DNA from: an uncultured virus (IMG/VR IMGVR_UViG_3300035698_015449)
Lineage: Duplodnaviria > Heunggongvirae > Uroviricota > Caudoviricetes
Strand: one strand, 5' to 3'
Length of the DNA: 64,000 bases
IMG/VR virus record: IMGVR_UViG_3300035698_015449
Below the pieces are notes generated by a model. That model worked only from the letters and a program-made list of their open reading frames with translations, did no database searches and had not been told where the DNA came from. Positions 49,338-58,461 of this stretch are shown here, piece after piece (position 1 is the stretch's first letter; each line of letters starts with the position of its first letter). Made by a program: the position numbers and the translations under genes.

Positions 49338-50060
49338 TTACGTCTCGTTCGTAAAGGCGTAGAATGCTATACCTGTACGTTCGTTTCCTCCCATATTGGC
49401 AACGATAAAATCATCCCAGCAATAGAGGTCAGGGCCTCTTGTTGCAGTAAAACCACGGGCAATTGCCAAAGCTTTGCAGCCCTTGCCAATACTCGCATTC
49501 CCAAAACAACGAATTATGCATTCTTTGTTCTCTTCAACTGCATGAGTAATGGCACCCGCTAGTTTACGTACCCTTAGGCGACGATCTTCGGGATCTATAT
49601 CCTTTGGATCGGCTTTTACCATAAGTACGCTTTTGATCTTCTCGATGTCAACTTCCCGCTCTTTCGGTTGTGCAAATGTACAAAAGCAAATTCCCGTCAA
49701 AGTACTGTCTCCAATCTTAGCAGTTAAAAAAGCTGGAGAATAAGCAAGCTGTAGGTTGTGAGTATCTGCTATATACGATTTTGCAATTGCAAGTGCTTTA
49801 GTTGATTTTCCAATACAAGCGTTGCCGAAAGCTCTAACGTTAATCTCTCCGCCAGTACGCAAAGAATGGCTGATAGCTCCTGCTAATTTCTTTACGTTTC
49901 GTTTTCTGTCTTCGGGACTAATGTCTTTCTTATCGGCAGCAACTTTTAAAGATGGTTTGCTGTCAATCTTTTCAGCAGCTTTATGCTGATGATGTTCGTG
50001 ATGACGTTGGTGGGTGGCTGTCGCTTCTTCTTTTCCTTCCGTCGTTGTTTCTTCTGTCAT
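49338..50060 (-). CDS. spoVS: Tandem two-domain SpoVS (Alba-fold) protein with a His-rich N-terminus
   Basis: Two repeats of LKVAAD/MVKAD...KLAGAI.H...(A/C)FGNA.IGK..KALAIA(K/R), the second ending ERTGI. Confidence 0.85.
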   Translation of the reverse strand: MTEETTTEGKEEATATHQRHHEHHQHKAAEKIDSKPSLKVAADKKDISPEDRKRNVKKLAGAISHSLRTGGEINVRAFGNACIGKSTKALAIAKSYIADTHNLQLAYSPAFLTAKIGDSTLTGICFCTFAQPKEREVDIEKIKSVLMVKADPKDIDPEDRRLRVRKLAGAITHAVEENKECIIRCFGNASIGKGCKALAIARGFTATRGPDLYCWDDFIVANMGGNERTGIAFYAFTNET

Positions 50061-50159
50061 TCTGTAACTCCTGTTTCGATGTTGGTAGGTTGTATCATTT
50101 CGACAACCAAACTATGTATACGTCATTCACATTATACAGGAGTGATTTTATTTTAACAC

Positions 50160-50193
50160 AAAAAAAGAGAGGTTCGGGTGAACCTCTCTCTTT
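50160..50193 (-). terminator. Intrinsic terminator after the 50214 sigma gene
   Basis: AGAGAGGTTC / GAACCTCTCT perfect stem plus T-run on the minus strand. Confidence 0.75.
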
Positions 50194-50213
50194 CGGTTTA
50201 GATGGTTGTAAAG

Positions 50214-51116
50214 TTAGATTGCGCCTTCGAGCTTACGCCTGTAGTTATCTTTGTTTTTCCTGAGTTCACGAAGAGAGCGCATAATGTTGTCAGTCTCTTT
50301 CGTCTTCTTCAGTTCGATTTCATATCTTAGGCGGCTAGTCCCTTCAACAGTATAGCCCAAAAGTTTAAATTCACCTTCAGCGATATCCTTTTGCCTCAAC
50401 AAATCTGAAACCATCTTTGTACATTTTCTTTTTCCGAAACGCTTTGCTTGATCTTGCGACAGCTTGACCGTACCCTTGCGAGTCTTATATTCTCTAATCA
50501 AAGAGACCAAACTATTACCATCTCCAATCTTTGACAAGAACTCCCTAAACTTAGGCTCATTCCGTGACAAGATATTTAACGTTTCGTTCATATAAGTGTT
50601 TGTCAGAACATAGTCCGTTTCAGTAGGGGAGCCTGATGGAATAACATCTTTCAAAGTCACTTCTGATCCGTCGCTAGTATTGTACGGATAGTCTAAAGAC
50701 AGAACCATTCCAATTGCAGGGCCTTCGTACTCTTCAGGAAGGCGCTTTTTAGCATGCTTACTGTTCTTGATATTTTTAAGTCTATTCAACAAGAATGTGA
50801 ATAAGCAAGTATTGAATGCGCCTCTTTTCCTATCATACTTCTCTGCCGCTTTGACAAAAACAACTGACAAGTCTTCAAAGAGATCGTCAACGCTAAATGT
50901 CAAGCCGGGATAGTAGTGTTTGTATGCCCAACTTCTCAATGTCGGTATTCTATTTTTGTATACTTCTTCCAAAACCTTTAGATCGCCTGTCTTCTGAAAC
51001 GACTCAACAGCAGCATTTTCTTGCTCCCTATCAATACAAACGGTTGTGTTTTCGTATTTTGGTTTTTCGTGCATCCATTTTTGGTCTACATTGGGATTCT
51101 TACTCTTACTCGGCAT
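50214..51116 (-). CDS. Sigma70-family sigma factor-like protein (region 2)
   Basis: DDLFEDLSVVFVKAAEKYD.KRGAFNT.L....NRL, LSLD...EVTLKDVI. Confidence 0.7.
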   Translation of the reverse strand: MPSKSKNPNVDQKWMHEKPKYENTTVCIDREQENAAVESFQKTGDLKVLEEVYKNRIPTLRSWAYKHYYPGLTFSVDDLFEDLSVVFVKAAEKYDRKRGAFNTCLFTFLLNRLKNIKNSKHAKKRLPEEYEGPAIGMVLSLDYPYNTSDGSEVTLKDVIPSGSPTETDYVLTNTYMNETLNILSRNEPKFREFLSKIGDGNSLVSLIREYKTRKGTVKLSQDQAKRFGKRKCTKMVSDLLRQKDIAEGEFKLLGYTVEGTSRLRYEIELKKTKETDNIMRSLRELRKNKDNYRRKLEGAI

Positions 51117-51127
51117 GTATCTTCTCC

Positions 51128-51802
51128 TTATTTATTCCAACAGATATTTCTGTATTCACAAATGTTGCATTCTTGACTGTCATCACTACCATAAGCCCTG
51201 TCAGGCATTTGTTGTAGTATCTTTTTTTCCATCAGGTTAGCGCATTTTGTTCTTGCGCTTTCTAGTATCCCTTTATGCGGTATCACATGGGACAGGAAGT
51301 ACTCGTTTGTATATTTATTTTCACAGAGTAAGATGCCGTTCGCAACTTCAGTAAGCCACATTGTCATCATTAACTCTACTATTTGACGGCGCAAACCTCC
51401 CGCTTTCTTAGATTGGTCATATTCAGAAGGATTAAGTGAATCGACAAGCAATACGCTCGATACGTCTATGATTCGAATGATAGCATCTGCCGATCCAACA
51501 ACATTAAAGTTGCAATCTGCTGCTAGAACATCTCGCTCTAAAACAGCAATCCCATTACATTTTTCAAAGAAATCTATCCACTTTGTTTTTACGGATTTCA
51601 AATAGTTATCTTCTAAAAAGTTGGGAGGATTTGCCTCTGTCGCATTCGCCCGATACATCATCCTTCTCGGACATTCAGTTAAGTCTTTAATGTTAAATAC
51701 TTCGTGATTAAAAGAAATATTCCTTCTTTTTATTTCAGTATCAGCCACATTTTTTATGGCAGCAACTAGCTTAGTATCTTTTTTGACGAACTTATTTTGC
51801 AT
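51128..51802 (-). CDS. Cas4-like PD-(D/E)XK exonuclease (catalytic motif degenerate)
   Basis: ECPRRMMY, VVGSADAII, C-terminal ECNICEYRNIC. Confidence 0.65.
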   Translation of the reverse strand: MQNKFVKKDTKLVAAIKNVADTEIKRRNISFNHEVFNIKDLTECPRRMMYRANATEANPPNFLEDNYLKSVKTKWIDFFEKCNGIAVLERDVLAADCNFNVVGSADAIIRIIDVSSVLLVDSLNPSEYDQSKKAGGLRRQIVELMMTMWLTEVANGILLCENKYTNEYFLSHVIPHKGILESARTKCANLMEKKILQQMPDRAYGSDDSQECNICEYRNICWNK

Positions 51803-52601
51803 CTAGTAACCTACTTTTGCCACTTTTTGAGATACTGTTACAGATTCTTTGAATTTCAGATTCATCTAAGACTCTTTCCATTTCAAGGAACTTTTCAATA
51901 CCTTCTCTAGCTACAAAAGAGGCGGGATCATCTCTGAGGGGTAATTCGTCAACCGTACTTATCGACTCACAAAAATTGTATTTCTCAAGTAAAGCGGTTG
52001 CAAGATATTTTGCTTTCGTGCCTGACTCATTTGGATCTGAGTCAAAGCATAAACAGACATTATTACAGTACCTCGCCGTTAATCCAACCTTCCGTAGCGT
52101 ATATGCAGTTCCCATGACCGCTACAACGTTTTTTAATCCATGTTGAAAAAGCATTAAAGCGTCAACGTACCCTTCGGTAACATATAGCTTATTCTTTTCA
52201 AATACTCTTTTCCTAGCCTTATCTATCAGGAAAAGATGGTTCCCCTTTTTGAATGGAGACGGAAGGTTCCACCAAGGATTGCCGGGTTCAGTCGTTGGCA
52301 CTCTAGTAGCAAATGCAACGACCTCCCCAAACTCGGAGAATATGGGAACAATAATTCTTCCTCGAATATATCTTGTTATATCCCATCTCTCGTCAGGTGG
52401 CTTATGTGCCGTACCGTAAAAACGAATAGGATCGGGTATGTCGAATCCGCTTTTGCAATAACCTATTGTATGACATTTTAAACTTTCTTCAAGAAGTTTT
52501 CTGTCTTCAATTAGGTAGTGCTTGGCTTCTACGACTTCCCGATCTTTTTCGTTTATCAGCGTGTTATGACAATGAGTTATGAATCTAAGTAGATCCGACA
52601 T
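51792..52601 (-). CDS. dnaG: DnaG-type primase catalytic core (TOPRIM), no Zn finger
   Basis: RGRIIVPI...GEVVAFATR, VTEGYVDAL, VAVMGTA, CFDSD, DDP. Confidence 0.85.
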   Translation of the reverse strand: MSDLLRFITHCHNTLINEKDREVVEAKHYLIEDRKLLEESLKCHTIGYCKSGFDIPDPIRFYGTAHKPPDERWDITRYIRGRIIVPIFSEFGEVVAFATRVPTTEPGNPWWNLPSPFKKGNHLFLIDKARKRVFEKNKLYVTEGYVDALMLFQHGLKNVVAVMGTAYTLRKVGLTARYCNNVCLCFDSDPNESGTKAKYLATALLEKYNFCESISTVDELPLRDDPASFVAREGIEKFLEMERVLDESEIQRICNSISKSGKSRLLDAK

Positions 52602-52614
52602 GTCATCCTTTCTG

Positions 52615-53844
52615 TTATACGTCTAGGTTTTCTTCAGCTATCTCTTCGTCTTTGATCTCAGGAGCGCTATCTTGAATAACCTCAACAATAGCTCCGTCCA
52701 TAGGAGATGTAGCTGAGCTAGGATCATCTCTCAATGCGATCAAGTCTTTGTCAATGTCAGAGTCTTCAACCGTTACGTCATCTTCTAACTCTTGGAAGTA
52801 TGCATTCACTAGCATCTCTACAAGGTCGTTCTTAAGCAAATACTCTGCCAATTCAGGATTGCTCTTCGCCCCTGTCTCAACATTCTTCTTAGCTCCCTCA
52901 ATAAGATCTTTACTGATTTTGAATTCACCTTTGTAGATGGTAATGAGCTTGTAGGCTTTGGCTTCTTTGCAAAGCTTAACAAGAGGATGTCTTGCTGTCT
53001 CATCAAATACAATTTCCATTTTGCATTCTCCGAAAGGCATTCCAACCTTGTTCTTTACAAACTGAACATAACTCTGTCTTGCAATAACCCTCTCAACATC
53101 CCCTTCTTTCACTTTGATCTTCGTGCCGGGCGTCACTTTAATTCTCATGCTGCTGTAGAATTTAAGCGCTCTTCCGCCGGGAGTGGTCTCAGGACTTCCG
53201 AACATTACATTCATCTTCTCTCTGATTTGGTTAATGAAAATGCAGGTACATTTTGTAGTCGCACAAGCTTGGATTATCTTTCTACATCCTTTGGACATAG
53301 CTCTAGCCAACAACGCATAGTCTTGATCGTTAACGCTACCTTCTAATTCTTTTCTAGGAATTAAAGCCGCTGTTGAATCAACGACTACCAATCCAAATCC
53401 TCCGCTTTTGCAAAGTTTTTCGACGTAATCTAATGTATCTTCCGCAGACAAAGGCTTTTCAATAATATACAACTCGTCTACATCTACCCCATGACTCGCT
53501 GCCCATACAGGATTGTAAGAACTTTCTGCATCAACTAAGACACATTTGTCGCCCATTTTTTGCGCCTCTGAGATTAGCTTAAGTGATAAGAATGACTTTC
53601 CTCCAGACTCAGGGCCATAAATCTCGACCATTTTTCCTTTAGGAATCCCACCACAATTGCTAGCTTCATCAACGTCTTTATATCCAAATGGGATGTTGGG
53701 AATCTTTTTAAAGCTTTCAATAGTAGGCGCTTTCGTAATCATCGGCTCGCCTGTGTTCTTCATACTCTTCTCGATATTTTTCAATATCGTTTCAGTACTT
53801 TTCATTTTCGGTACTTTTGCTTTTGGTTTTGGTTTTGCTACCAT
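52615..53844 (-). CDS. recA: RecA recombinase
   Basis: GGIPKG.MVEIYGPESGGKS, VVDSTAAL, FINQIREK, PETTPGGRALKFYSS. Confidence 0.96.
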   Translation of the reverse strand: MVAKPKPKAKVPKMKSTETILKNIEKSMKNTGEPMITKAPTIESFKKIPNIPFGYKDVDEASNCGGIPKGKMVEIYGPESGGKSFLSLKLISEAQKMGDKCVLVDAESSYNPVWAASHGVDVDELYIIEKPLSAEDTLDYVEKLCKSGGFGLVVVDSTAALIPRKELEGSVNDQDYALLARAMSKGCRKIIQACATTKCTCIFINQIREKMNVMFGSPETTPGGRALKFYSSMRIKVTPGTKIKVKEGDVERVIARQSYVQFVKNKVGMPFGECKMEIVFDETARHPLVKLCKEAKAYKLITIYKGEFKISKDLIEGAKKNVETGAKSNPELAEYLLKNDLVEMLVNAYFQELEDDVTVEDSDIDKDLIALRDDPSSATSPMDGAIVEVIQDSAPEIKDEEIAEENLDV

Positions 53845-53860
53845 ACTCCCTCCTTGAAGA

Positions 53861-53896
53861 TGAGTTGGAGCGGGGAGTTACCCCCGCTCCAACTCA
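53861..53896. other. Perfect 15-bp stem-loop between ssb and recA
   Basis: TGAGTTGGAGCGGGG / CCCCGCTCCAACTCA; no clear U-tract. Confidence 0.8.
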
Positions 53897-53897
53897 A

Positions 53898-54638
53898 TTA
53901 GAACGATGTGTTCTCGTCGTCGCCAAAGAGATCGTCATCACCCGATTCTGCGGGTGAATCAGGCATTGACTCTTTAACAGGCTTTGTTGCAGGAGCTTCA
54001 ACTTTGTCGCCCTTGTTGTTGTCGTACTCACGCTTTGGAGCAATCTTGGCTTCATCAGGAAGTGCATCCCAAAGTTCCTTGATCTTCTCAAGCGGAGTTG
54101 TCGCATAGATGTCTTTAAGAGGCGCTTTGCCTTCTTTGATCATTGCGATCTCTTCTTCCGTGAAAGGAGAAGGTTTTGCCTTCGCTGTGCATTTGTACTT
54201 CGCCTGACGCTTGTTACCGCCGGGCCATTCAACTGTGATAACCCAATCAGGCCCTTCCTTGCCAGCGGGATTCACTTCGTTAACAATCTTATAACGAGCG
54301 AACTGTTCGAACAAACTACTTCCCTTTTCGAGAATCTTAAGCTGTCCGTCAGCCCTATCAATTATATGAATCGCAAACGTCTTCCTTGGATAGAAACCTG
54401 CCTGCCATGCGGGTTCATCGGCCTTATAATCGGGATGAGTAATGACTCGTTCCGTGAAAGGACTCCAATGTCTGAAAAACTTGACATGGTTTCCTACCAA
54501 ACGAATCTCATAATCACCGGGGCCTTCAAACTTCATGAAAGGAGTTCTTCCTGAACTCGAATTTCCACCCTTCTTGTCTTCATCTTTGGGAAAATCTGCA
54601 TCCCAGTTACCTACATCAGCTTGCTTATTTTCGCTCAT
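53898..54638 (-). CDS. Phage single-stranded DNA-binding protein (gp32-like)
   Basis: FMKF...YEIRLV, IIDRADGQLKILE, acidic tail DDDLFGDDENTSF; next to recA. Confidence 0.7.
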   Translation of the reverse strand: MSENKQADVGNWDADFPKDEDKKGGNSSSGRTPFMKFEGPGDYEIRLVGNHVKFFRHWSPFTERVITHPDYKADEPAWQAGFYPRKTFAIHIIDRADGQLKILEKGSSLFEQFARYKIVNEVNPAGKEGPDWVITVEWPGGNKRQAKYKCTAKAKPSPFTEEEIAMIKEGKAPLKDIYATTPLEKIKELWDALPDEAKIAPKREYDNNKGDKVEAPATKPVKESMPDSPAESGDDDLFGDDENTSF

Positions 54639-54780
54639 GTTAATCGCCTCCATTTTACTGCTTTTTGTTATTTGTTACTTTCCATCATCGACTGTTCTAT
54701 CATCAAACTCAACAGAGTAATTATACAGCAAAACTCCGGAAATTTTGAAAAAAGTGAAAAACTTTTTTCCATCGTTACAC

Positions 54781-55605
54781 CTAGAAGGTTCTCTCTTCCG
54801 CTTCTAGGCTTTTACCTTCATCTAATGGTTCTTTCGTTGTCTCTTCTACAGAGGGTTTCTCTACAGGCTCCCCAATTTCATGCGGACTAGGTGAACTGAA
54901 CGAGTCAGATAATTGAGCATCATTGAAATTAAAGTCAGGCAATGCACCACGACCTATGTCAAATAGCTTCAACTGAGACTGAATGATCGTAATCTGTCTA
55001 GATATCGCATTGCTTTGACTGTCTAGATTCTTCAGAACATGATCACAAACATTATGCAAAGACTCAATCTGAGCTAAATCAATTGTAAAATCGCTCATAC
55101 GAAATGCACAATCAGCCTTTCTTTTGTCAGCGCTAGCTCCTTCTGCGAACTTACCCCACGCTTCTGACAAAATGTTCACCGCCCTCTTCTTGAGCGTATG
55201 GCATCTAAGCACATCTTGGAATATCTCAGAGAGTCTGTCCTTGTTCCCTTGAATCATTTGCAACTTGAGATTAATCAACTGCAATGTGGGAGTTGGATCT
55301 GACTTTACATTTAACTGAGCAACTTCCGTATGCACTTGTTCGTAATCAAGCTTGGGGAGGTTCTCGTAAAGTATCAAAAACCTATTCGCAACCTGTTGAA
55401 ACTCAATGGGATACCCATCTCCAACCAACATCGGCAAAGGACTCGGTGCTTCTAATTCAGCTTCAACTTCCTCAGGCTCAGTTGCGTTTTCATCAACTTC
55501 GTCCTCAGAACTAGTGCTACTCATTTCGCCTCCATCTCCGATGTCTTCTCCAAGTGCGCCAATGTCCTCAAAGAAGTCATCACCTAATATATCTTCTTTA
55601 CCCAT
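54781..55605 (-). CDS. Helical protein, possible recombination mediator (UvsY-like)
   Basis: Coiled-coil core; located beside ssb and recA. Confidence 0.4.
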   Translation of the reverse strand: MGKEDILGDDFFEDIGALGEDIGDGGEMSSTSSEDEVDENATEPEEVEAELEAPSPLPMLVGDGYPIEFQQVANRFLILYENLPKLDYEQVHTEVAQLNVKSDPTPTLQLINLKLQMIQGNKDRLSEIFQDVLRCHTLKKRAVNILSEAWGKFAEGASADKRKADCAFRMSDFTIDLAQIESLHNVCDHVLKNLDSQSNAISRQITIIQSQLKLFDIGRGALPDFNFNDAQLSDSFSSPSPHEIGEPVEKPSVEETTKEPLDEGKSLEAEERTF

Positions 55606-55622
55606 GATTTACCTCGTAAGGC

Positions 55623-55958
55623 TTATTCAGATTCGTATACGATGAGATAGTCATTGCCACTTACGAATGTAGTCAATTTGGGGATCAAATCAAACTTCAT
55701 TTCGCCAATGTCATCTCTTTGGATCGTAACCGACTCACTCGCTTCGACTTCACCATTACGAAACTGATCAATCGTTGGCGTTCCAGCATGACCCGAAATA
55801 TCTACGTTAATCTGAATGGGCTTACCAAGCTGTCTATCGTTACACTCTACTCCGAAAGCGCCGATGGCATTCAAACTAGCCACCTGAGTTTCAAATGCCT
55901 CTTCAAACATTGTGATTAACTCTTCGCTACTTACTCGACTCAATTCCATTTTTTTCAT
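55623..55958 (-). CDS. Hypothetical protein
   Basis: AGGAG SD. Confidence 0.6.
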   Translation of the reverse strand: MKKMELSRVSSEELITMFEEAFETQVASLNAIGAFGVECNDRQLGKPIQINVDISGHAGTPTIDQFRNGEVEASESVTIQRDDIGEMKFDLIPKLTTFVSGNDYLIVYESE

Positions 55959-55969
55959 ACTTCTTCTCC

Positions 55970-56608
55970 TTAGACATCACCAAAAAGGTCGTCATCTTCA
56001 TCATCAAAGATGCTGTCTAATTCGGCCTTTTTAACATCGGGTTCGGTCTTTTCGACCTTTTCCTCGACTTTAGTTTCTACTGCTTCAGCTTTCTCAGCCT
56101 CTTCAGTCACATCATCAGCATTTTCAAGCCTTTCTGACTTCGGCATTTCAGCCTCTTCAAAAAGGTCTTCCTCTTCCTCAGCAGGTACAACAGGAGCAGG
56201 TACAACAGGAGCCTCTACTTTGGTCTCCACAACTACTTCTGCCAAATTCTTAGCGTTAGTGTCTTTGTTGTCTTTTTGCTCTGCCGCATTACGAAGGTTC
56301 TCGTTAGCTGCCTTGTTCGCTATATTGGGAACAGGGCCATTCTCAAGCCATTCGGGGATTGCTTTTTGAATCGCTTCTTCAATTTCCTGAGCCGACTCAA
56401 CACCCTTGCCAAGCTTCTCAGGAATGGCTTTCATGCTGCGAATCATGCTTGCAAGTAAGTCATCTCTTAAAGAGTCTTCCTTTGTGATCAGATCTTCTTG
56501 ACCTTCATATTCAATTTGTTCTTCAGCGTACTTTGTCAACTCAATATGCTGATAGTTACCAACATTAATACGTAAACTAATACACTCTGCTATTTTTCGG
56601 TTTGCCAT
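55970..56608 (-). CDS. Hypothetical protein with acidic tail (DDEDDDLFGDV)
   Basis: AGGAG SD, TGTATAAT promoter. Confidence 0.65.
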   Translation of the reverse strand: MANRKIAECISLRINVGNYQHIELTKYAEEQIEYEGQEDLITKEDSLRDDLLASMIRSMKAIPEKLGKGVESAQEIEEAIQKAIPEWLENGPVPNIANKAANENLRNAAEQKDNKDTNAKNLAEVVVETKVEAPVVPAPVVPAEEEEDLFEEAEMPKSERLENADDVTEEAEKAEAVETKVEEKVEKTEPDVKKAELDSIFDDEDDDLFGDV

Positions 56609-56663
56609 ATCTCGCTCCTGTTTTTTATTGTCAATCTCTGGAGACATTATACATTAAACTCCG

Positions 56664-57374
56664 TTAGATTTTAATTCCTTTCCCGCCTAGTTTGGAAAAG
56701 ATATTGTTTCCACCGTACTGCTCCATTCTCTCGTCTTGTTTCTTCTTCTGTTTTTTCTCTTTGTCAACAAGAGCCTTCACTGTAGTATATTTATCCAACA
56801 AAGTCTCTTTACCAATCTTCCAACTCTCCTGCATACAATCAGCTTCAACCAAAGATTTAAACACTTTGCTATGAACCTTTCTTGTGTCAACTGTATGTAA
56901 GAAGTCTCTCAAGTCCGCAAACGGTTGATTATCTACAATACTCTGAACAGCTTTTTCTCCTACGCCACCAATAATCGTCAAAGGTGTCCTTATTCCATCC
57001 CTCTCTTTGCCCGATTTATCATCAACGAATGTAGCTATTTTATATTTAGTACCGCTTTTGTTAATACATGGCCCGTTAATAATAAGCCCCATACGTCTTG
57101 ATTCGCTCTGATAGGACTCAAGCTTAATCCCCTTATCGCTGTTATTGATCTCAGACGACAAAAGATTACACATGTACTCTAAAGGATAGTAAACTTTGAG
57201 CCAAGCCGTTTGATAAGCCAACATAGCATAAGCTGCGCTGTGAGAGTTTTTCGTGTAAAGCCCTCTGCCGCAAGGACTTATGATTTTGTAATTATGTTGC
57301 TCGCCTGCCATAGTCACGTTATATGTTGTTTGCTTCCCTAATGACCTAATAGATTTTACTCTGCACTTTTTCAT
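56664..57374 (-). CDS. dnaE: DNA polymerase III alpha, piece 3 of 3: 43-aa IntC plus C-extein (HhH region)
   Basis: MKKCRVKSIRSLGKQTTYNV...YTKN|SHSAAYAMLAYQTAWLKVYYP, IGGVGEKAV. Confidence 0.92.
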   Translation of the reverse strand: MKKCRVKSIRSLGKQTTYNVTMAGEQHNYKIISPCGRGLYTKNSHSAAYAMLAYQTAWLKVYYPLEYMCNLLSSEINNSDKGIKLESYQSESRRMGLIINGPCINKSGTKYKIATFVDDKSGKERDGIRTPLTIIGGVGEKAVQSIVDNQPFADLRDFLHTVDTRKVHSKVFKSLVEADCMQESWKIGKETLLDKYTTVKALVDKEKKQKKKQDERMEQYGGNNIFSKLGGKGIKI

Positions 57375-58461
57375 ATTTTCTCCTTAAATAAAAATCGTTC
57401 TTATCATTATACATCCAACAAAACGCTTTGCAAATCTGTTTCTCCCCTCCAAGAGTTCTTAGATTATAGATATATCCTGTTTTTGTTTTTTGTCCCGTTA
57501 CCGACCAAACAAACTGGTTTATGCTTGTCAAGTCAGTCAAGAAATCTTTACTAGCTGAAGTAAGAGATAGCCAAGGATATCCATTCTTCTTTAAACCAAC
57601 CGTTCCATCCCCATCAATAAGTCCCCTGAAAAATGAACTTAAAAACTCATCAGGAACACATCCATTATACCTCAATATCTTCGTCTTACGCTTTACTACT
57701 CCTAACTTTTTTAAATCTTCTGCAATCTTTCGGTTATGAACGGTTAAACGTATCATATCTTTAGCGTTTGAAAATCCAACTTTAGTTCTTTTATGCGAAC
57801 AGTCTATCTTTTGAACAGGATGCGTTTTAGATGCGCCTATAAGATCCCCTATCTTTTCAAGTATATATCCGTCTTCTTCTGTTAGTTGTATTTCAAATCC
57901 ATTATAGTCTTTGATAATATTACCATCTGTCATTATCAGACCAAGAACGTATGCTTTTTCGTGACTATTAATTTTCTCAAAAAATGATTCATCGTAATGA
58001 GTTTGTATCTTTGGTTCTCTTCGTTCAATTCCATATTTATCTAGGATTTGATATACGGTTTCCTTCCTCTTGTATCCTATTGAATCAACTATCTGCTTTC
58101 CTGTTCTACCTTTTTCATAAAGTTGTATTACTTTTTGTTCTAATTGATCTGACCGCTTACTATTCCATGCTACTCGTTTCGCTTGCTTTACTTTGTATTT
58201 CTTCCTTATGCGGCAAAGGCCATAGTAATTCACGCCCGTTTGTTCTGAGACTTTGCATAAAGAAAGCCCCTTTGTATACGAGATATGGCACAGCATTTGA
58301 TAATACCGCTCTCTTACCGCTTGCCAATTGTTTTCCTGAATCACTCTCCGTATTACTCGCTCCGTTAAATCCGTTTGGCGTTCTATCTCCTTCATTTCCT
58401 TTTTTTGGAAGAACAATTTGCGGATCTTCTTTTGTAATTGTTTCGGTATCGGTTGTTTCAT
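57346..58461 (-). CDS. Free-standing LAGLIDADG homing endonuclease with N-terminal HTH modules
   Basis: KAYVLGLIMTDG and FFRGLIDGDG; GGGAGG SD. Confidence 0.9.
   Translation of the reverse strand: MKQPIPKQLQKKIRKLFFQKKEMKEIERQTDLTERVIRRVIQENNWQAVRERYYQMLCHISYTKGLSLCKVSEQTGVNYYGLCRIRKKYKVKQAKRVAWNSKRSDQLEQKVIQLYEKGRTGKQIVDSIGYKRKETVYQILDKYGIERREPKIQTHYDESFFEKINSHEKAYVLGLIMTDGNIIKDYNGFEIQLTEEDGYILEKIGDLIGASKTHPVQKIDCSHKRTKVGFSNAKDMIRLTVHNRKIAEDLKKLGVVKRKTKILRYNGCVPDEFLSSFFRGLIDGDGTVGLKKNGYPWLSLTSASKDFLTDLTSINQFVWSVTGQKTKTGYIYNLRTLGGEKQICKAFCWMYNDKNDFYLRRKYEKVQSKIY

Noticed and set aside
51128..51802. Cas4-like gene as evidence of a CRISPR-Cas system
   Set aside because: No repeat-spacer array or other cas genes seen; solo Cas4-like nucleases are common in phage replication modules
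44953..56458. Numerous 60-160 aa plus-strand ORFs opposite sbcC, sbcD, recA and ssb
   Set aside because: Antisense shadows of well-supported minus-strand genes, with no motifs
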